In this document: positions 59,380-64,000 of the stretch, piece after piece
How positions within the stretch are numbered: the stretch's first letter is position 1
How the letters are laid out: every line of letters starts with the position of its first letter
Origin: Macrostomum lignano
Taxonomy: Eukaryota
Assembly: GCA_002269645.1 (NCBI GenBank)
Contig: NIVC01000013.1
Location: 682,001 to 746,000 of the forward strand
Length of the DNA: 64,000 nucleotides
Reading direction: 5' to 3'
The notes under the pieces: model-generated
Database searches by the model: none
What the model was told of the DNA's origin: nothing
Seen by the model: only the letters and a program-made list of their open reading frames with translations
Made by a program: the position numbers and the translations under genes

Positions 59380-61034
59380 CTGAATGCGGGTTTGATGCGT
59401 TAGGAATATTTGAATTAGTATTAATATCACTCAATAATCAATTAATATTAGAATTTAAAAGATAAATCAAGTAAATATAAATTAGAACTAAAATGTATCC
59501 GGACAAATCAATTTTTTTATAATTAAAGCAAATAGTTAAGGTTTTGTTTTAAATAATGATAAACATTGCAAATAAACAAATTTACTATTAGAGGAGCGGA
59601 TTTGGTCATGTTTTACGATCTAGCTGTAATTACTTCTTCGTTTTTTATATTTCGATTTAAAATAAAATTTTTGACCGTAATATACAATCTACGCTTGTAT
59701 ATTAATAATACGTAAATGCATACTTTTACGACCGTAAATATTTTTAAATACGATTGTCTGGCTTTTGTTTGTTTTTAAAATTAATTTGTTTTAATACAGA
59801 AACTGCGGTAGCTGAATATAACTACTCAAACAGTATTTATTTCGAAAGACGTCATTCTTATTCTAATTTCTACAATTTATTGTAGTAATTGCAGATATTT
59901 TATACCGTAACGATTTTCGCAATCTCTGTTGAACTAGCTAACTCAGTCATTAATCTTGGGCAGAAGGCGGAACAAATATTCTGGACAAGCGCTTTCTACA
60001 TTAATCCATCTGCTGGCTCTTTTTCTGCTAGCAGGGACCCCCGAGAAAAAACTGTAGCCAAACATTGGCAGTCAGGGTGGGATGTTCTCTTCCGCCGCGT
60101 ATAGCCGCCATGGCTCTGATGCTGCAACGGCTGCTTTGCTACTTTTGAGTTCCAGCTCTCCCTCTCTCTCGTGTCGGACTCATTTTTCTCGGGACTTCCT
60201 TTAGCTCTACAGGGAGCTGGACTTTGGCATCCGGTTAATAATTCAGATAGAAACAGCCATGCAGGGCAGAGGGAGAGGAAAAGAGGGAGATTGGAGGGAT
60301 TCGGGTGAACCAGCTATGGTGTAGAAGATGTTGAACAAGAACCTACAGTGTAGTATAGGCATCCTTCACACACGGCGTCGAGTAGGTCGACTTCCGGAAC
60401 ACAAAAAGAGTCTAGCTAGCTACTCCACTTTTAGCTACTGCATAAGCTCTAGCTACATGCCTAATTCAGCTGCTCAGGTTTTTGCTCAGTTCTGCTTTGC
60501 AAAACAGCTCTGCATGGCTAAAGTGTAATGCGACTGCAGACTTGAGTAATCGAATCGAAACTCTACAGAGGAAGTTTTAAAGGAAGTTTTTAATAGAAAA
60601 CAGTTGGAGTTGGGATTCTCGGCCCCAGAGCAGGACTTCCGGAGTATAGCGTTTTGAATGAGGTCGGATGAATAGGAACGCGAAATGGCTTGATTGAAAG
60701 CTCGCGGATTGATCGAGAGTGGGTCCCAAATGAGTTGAGCTCATGGAGCCGTTATTAATGGCTCTTCGTGAATTGACCTATTTTTACTGTTCTTTTTAAG
60801 CCTCCTGAGCTGTTCTTATTGAGAACAGAAATTTCTAGTAAAAAATAGCCAAACCAAGGGCGAGTCCTGACTCGGAAGAAAGATTGACGGCGTATTGAAA
60901 GCTCAGCATGTGGCTCACTGATGCGAAATATTGTTGTAAACAGTTCGTTGTACCGAGTAATAATAAGGGGAGAAATATGTAGAGATGCTTAGAGGCATTT
61001 GCATGTGAAGACTGTCGAGAGGTGTAAAGAAGTT

Positions 61035-62200
61035 TTAGAGACGTTTAGAGACGTGCAGAGACGTTTAGAGACGTGCAGAGACGTTTAAAGACGTGCAGAG
61101 ACGTTTAGGGACGTGCAGAGACGTTTAGGGACGTGCAGAGACGTTTAGAGACGTGCAGAGACGTTTAGGGACGTGCAGAGACGTTTAGAGACGTGCAGAC
61201 GTTTATAGACTTGCAGACGTTTAGGGACGTGCAGAGACGTTTAGAGACGTGCAGAGACGTTTAGAGATGTGCAGACGTTTATAGACTTGCAGACGTTTAG
61301 GGACGTGCAGAGACGTTTAGGGACGTGCAGAGACGTTTAGAGACGTGCAGAGACGTTTAGGGACGTGCAGAGACGTTTAGAGACGTGCAGACGTTTATAG
61401 ACTTGCAGACGTTTAGGGACGTGCAGAGACGTTTAGAGACGTGCAGAGACGTTTAGAGATGTGCAGACGTTTATAGACTTGCAGACGTTTAGGGACGTGC
61501 AGAGACGTTTAGAGACGTGCAGAGACGTTTAGGGACGTGCAGAGACGTTTAGAGACGTGCAGACGTTTAGGGACGTGCAGAGACGTTTAGAGACGTGCAG
61601 AGACGTTTAGAGATGTGCAGACGTTTATAGACTTGCAGACGTTTAGGGACGTGCAGAGACGTTTAGGGACGTGCAGAGACGTTTAGAGACGTGCAGAGAT
61701 GTTTAGGGACGTGCAGAGACGTTTAGAGACGTGCAGACGTTTATAGACTTGCAGACGTTTAGGGACGTGCAGAGACGTTTAGAGACGTGCAGAGACGTTT
61801 AGAGATGTGCAGACGTTTATAGACTTGCAGACGTTTAGGGACGTGCAGAGACGTTTAGAGACGTGCAGAGACGTTTAGGGACGTGCAGAGACGTTTAGAG
61901 ACGTGCAGACGTTTAGGGACGTGCAGAGACGTTTAGAGACGTGTAGAGACGTGTAGAGACGTGTAGAGACGTGTAGAGACGTGTAGAGACGTGTAGAGAC
62001 GTGTAAAGACGTTTAGAGACGTGCAGACGTTTATAGACTTGCAGACGTTTAGAGACGTGCAGAGACGTTTAGAGACGTGCAGACGTTTATAGACTTGCAG
62101 ACGTTTAGGGACGTGCAGAGACGTTTAGAGACGTGTAGAGACGTGTAGAGACGTGTAGAGACATGTAGAGACGTGTAGAGACGTGCAGAGACGTGTACAG
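61035..62200. repeat. 10/20-bp GACGTGCAGA-GACGTTTAG(A/G) minisatellite with higher-order structure
   Basis: The marker GTTTATAGACTTGCAG recurs at 61201, 61277, 61393, 61469, 61623, 61739 and 61815. Confidence 0.95.
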
Positions 62201-63102
62201 ACGTGTTGAGACCTGTAGATACGTTTAAAGGTGTATAGAGACATGTAGAGTTGAAAAAACGCGTAGAAATTTGTGGAGAGAGCAGTGAGAGGTGGAGAGA
62301 AGTGGAAACGTACATATGGTGTGAGGGAAATTAACAACCGACACAAGTAAGTGAATCGGCGACAAAATTGCCCACCAAACCCGATCTGCAAAAATCAGAG
62401 GGCCTGTCATGAACGAATCTAGAGAATCATTTTCTCGATTTCGCCTCGTCGTAGTCTGTTTCTGTGTCAACGTCAAATCTTGTCGAATTTCTGGGTCAGA
62501 TTTTTATCTGAAGAATCTTGCGCAGGTTTTCTAACCGCGGGGGTTTTTCCCGCCTAAGTTCAGACGGTGCGCGGTTCAGAAAGTTAAAGAAAGCCAAAAA
62601 GTATATGTACATCATGTGGGAAAGACAAATAAATACTCCAGCCAAGGAGAACTAGAATTAGGCATCTGGGTTGGACACTAACTGGCGAAACCTTTCTGTC
62701 TCGTCGGCATATACTTAGTCTGTAAAGCCTATTTTCCAGGACGTTCTTAGTAATCCATGCTCGAGCGAGTGCAACCTTGCCCATCGAGTTCCCCACAGGG
62801 GAAGAGCATCGATTTCTATGCATTCGGGCCGCTGTACTGCATTTTTTGACAAGCGTCATCAATAGGGTTGGACAGACTTTTCAGTTCGAGGAGACGTCGT
62901 CAATCACCTTCCTTAGCCTTGCTTCGTTACGAACAGCCTGCGGAATGCAGCGCTCCGAGCAGCCGCTGCCTCCTTTGCGTGTGCACGGAATTCTGGCTCG
63001 TTAGTGTTCTGTCATTCAGGCACTGCGGCCTCCATGGCAAGGGAAATCAAGGTGCCGTGTCAGTCACAGTGAGCTGATCAGAGCTGAGGACTGCGTAATC
63101 CA

Positions 63103-63140
63103 TCTATCTATCCATCCATCTGTCTATCTATCTATCTATC

Positions 63141-63195
<55 letters not shown>

Positions 63196-63200
63196 TTATC

Positions 63201-63256
<56 letters not shown>

Positions 63257-63266
63257 CATCCATCTG

Positions 63267-63351
<85 letters not shown>

Positions 63352-63356
63352 TTATC

Positions 63357-63427
<71 letters not shown>

Positions 63428-63490
63428 TTATCTATCTGTATATCTATCTATCTATCTATATATCTATCTATCTATCTATCTATCTATCTG

Positions 63491-63571
<81 letters not shown>

Positions 63572-63634
63572 TTATCTATCTGTATATCTATCTATCTATC
63601 TATATATCTATCTATCTATCTATCTATCTATCTG

Positions 63635-63712
<78 letters not shown>

Positions 63713-63720
63713 CATCCATC

Positions 63721-63768
<48 letters not shown>

Positions 63769-63778
63769 CATCCATCTG

Positions 63779-63863
<85 letters not shown>

Positions 63864-63868
63864 TTATC

Positions 63869-63923
<55 letters not shown>

Positions 63924-64000
63924 TTATCTATCTGTATATCTATCTATCTATCTATATATCTATCTATCTATCTATCTATCTATCTGTCTATCTATCTATC
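63103..64000. repeat. (TATC)n microsatellite running off the window edge
   Basis: Direct reading. Confidence 0.97.

Noticed and set aside
60910-61030. ...LLLLGTTNCLQQYF as the innexin B first exon
   Set aside because: No DD/DR motif and the donor position and phase do not fit.
62340-62420. IFADRV... as the missing first exon of innexin B
   Set aside because: Only FADR matches; there is no DRLNY...QYVG pattern and no good phase-1 donor.
62584-62862. ARAWITKNVLENRL resembling a RUN-domain helix
   Set aside because: A short chance-level match with no supporting exons or splice structure.

Overview
Repeat-rich animal genomic DNA with spliceosomal GT-AG introns. Innexins, CORE-type SINEs and minisatellite-packed introns suggest a free-living flatworm such as Macrostomum (inference, not verified). 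1-12.6 kb is a GC-rich nest of mobile elements. At its left is the 5' part of a probable non-LTR retrotransposon whose ORF1 joins an ALKBH2/3-type AlkB dioxygenase domain to a LINE-type gag/RRM-like region running off the left edge. Next is a decayed CACTA/EnSpm transposase, split by a 5.0-kb Foldback-like MULE (9-bp TSD), which itself carries a hAT MITE (8-bp TSD). 12.7-19.8 kb is AT-rich and CpG-poor, with fold-back relics, a dead mariner and a SINE-head/LINE-tail chimera. 19.9-30.1 kb (+) is a 9-exon RRBP1/kinectin-like membrane-anchored coiled-coil gene with an 11-aa repeat, a single-A frameshift and an internal tandem duplication. 36.9-59.4 kb (-) holds two tandem innexin genes, one complete and one lacking its first exon in this window, with introns filled by many unrelated mini- and microsatellites. 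No rRNA, bona fide tRNA or CRISPR array was found.
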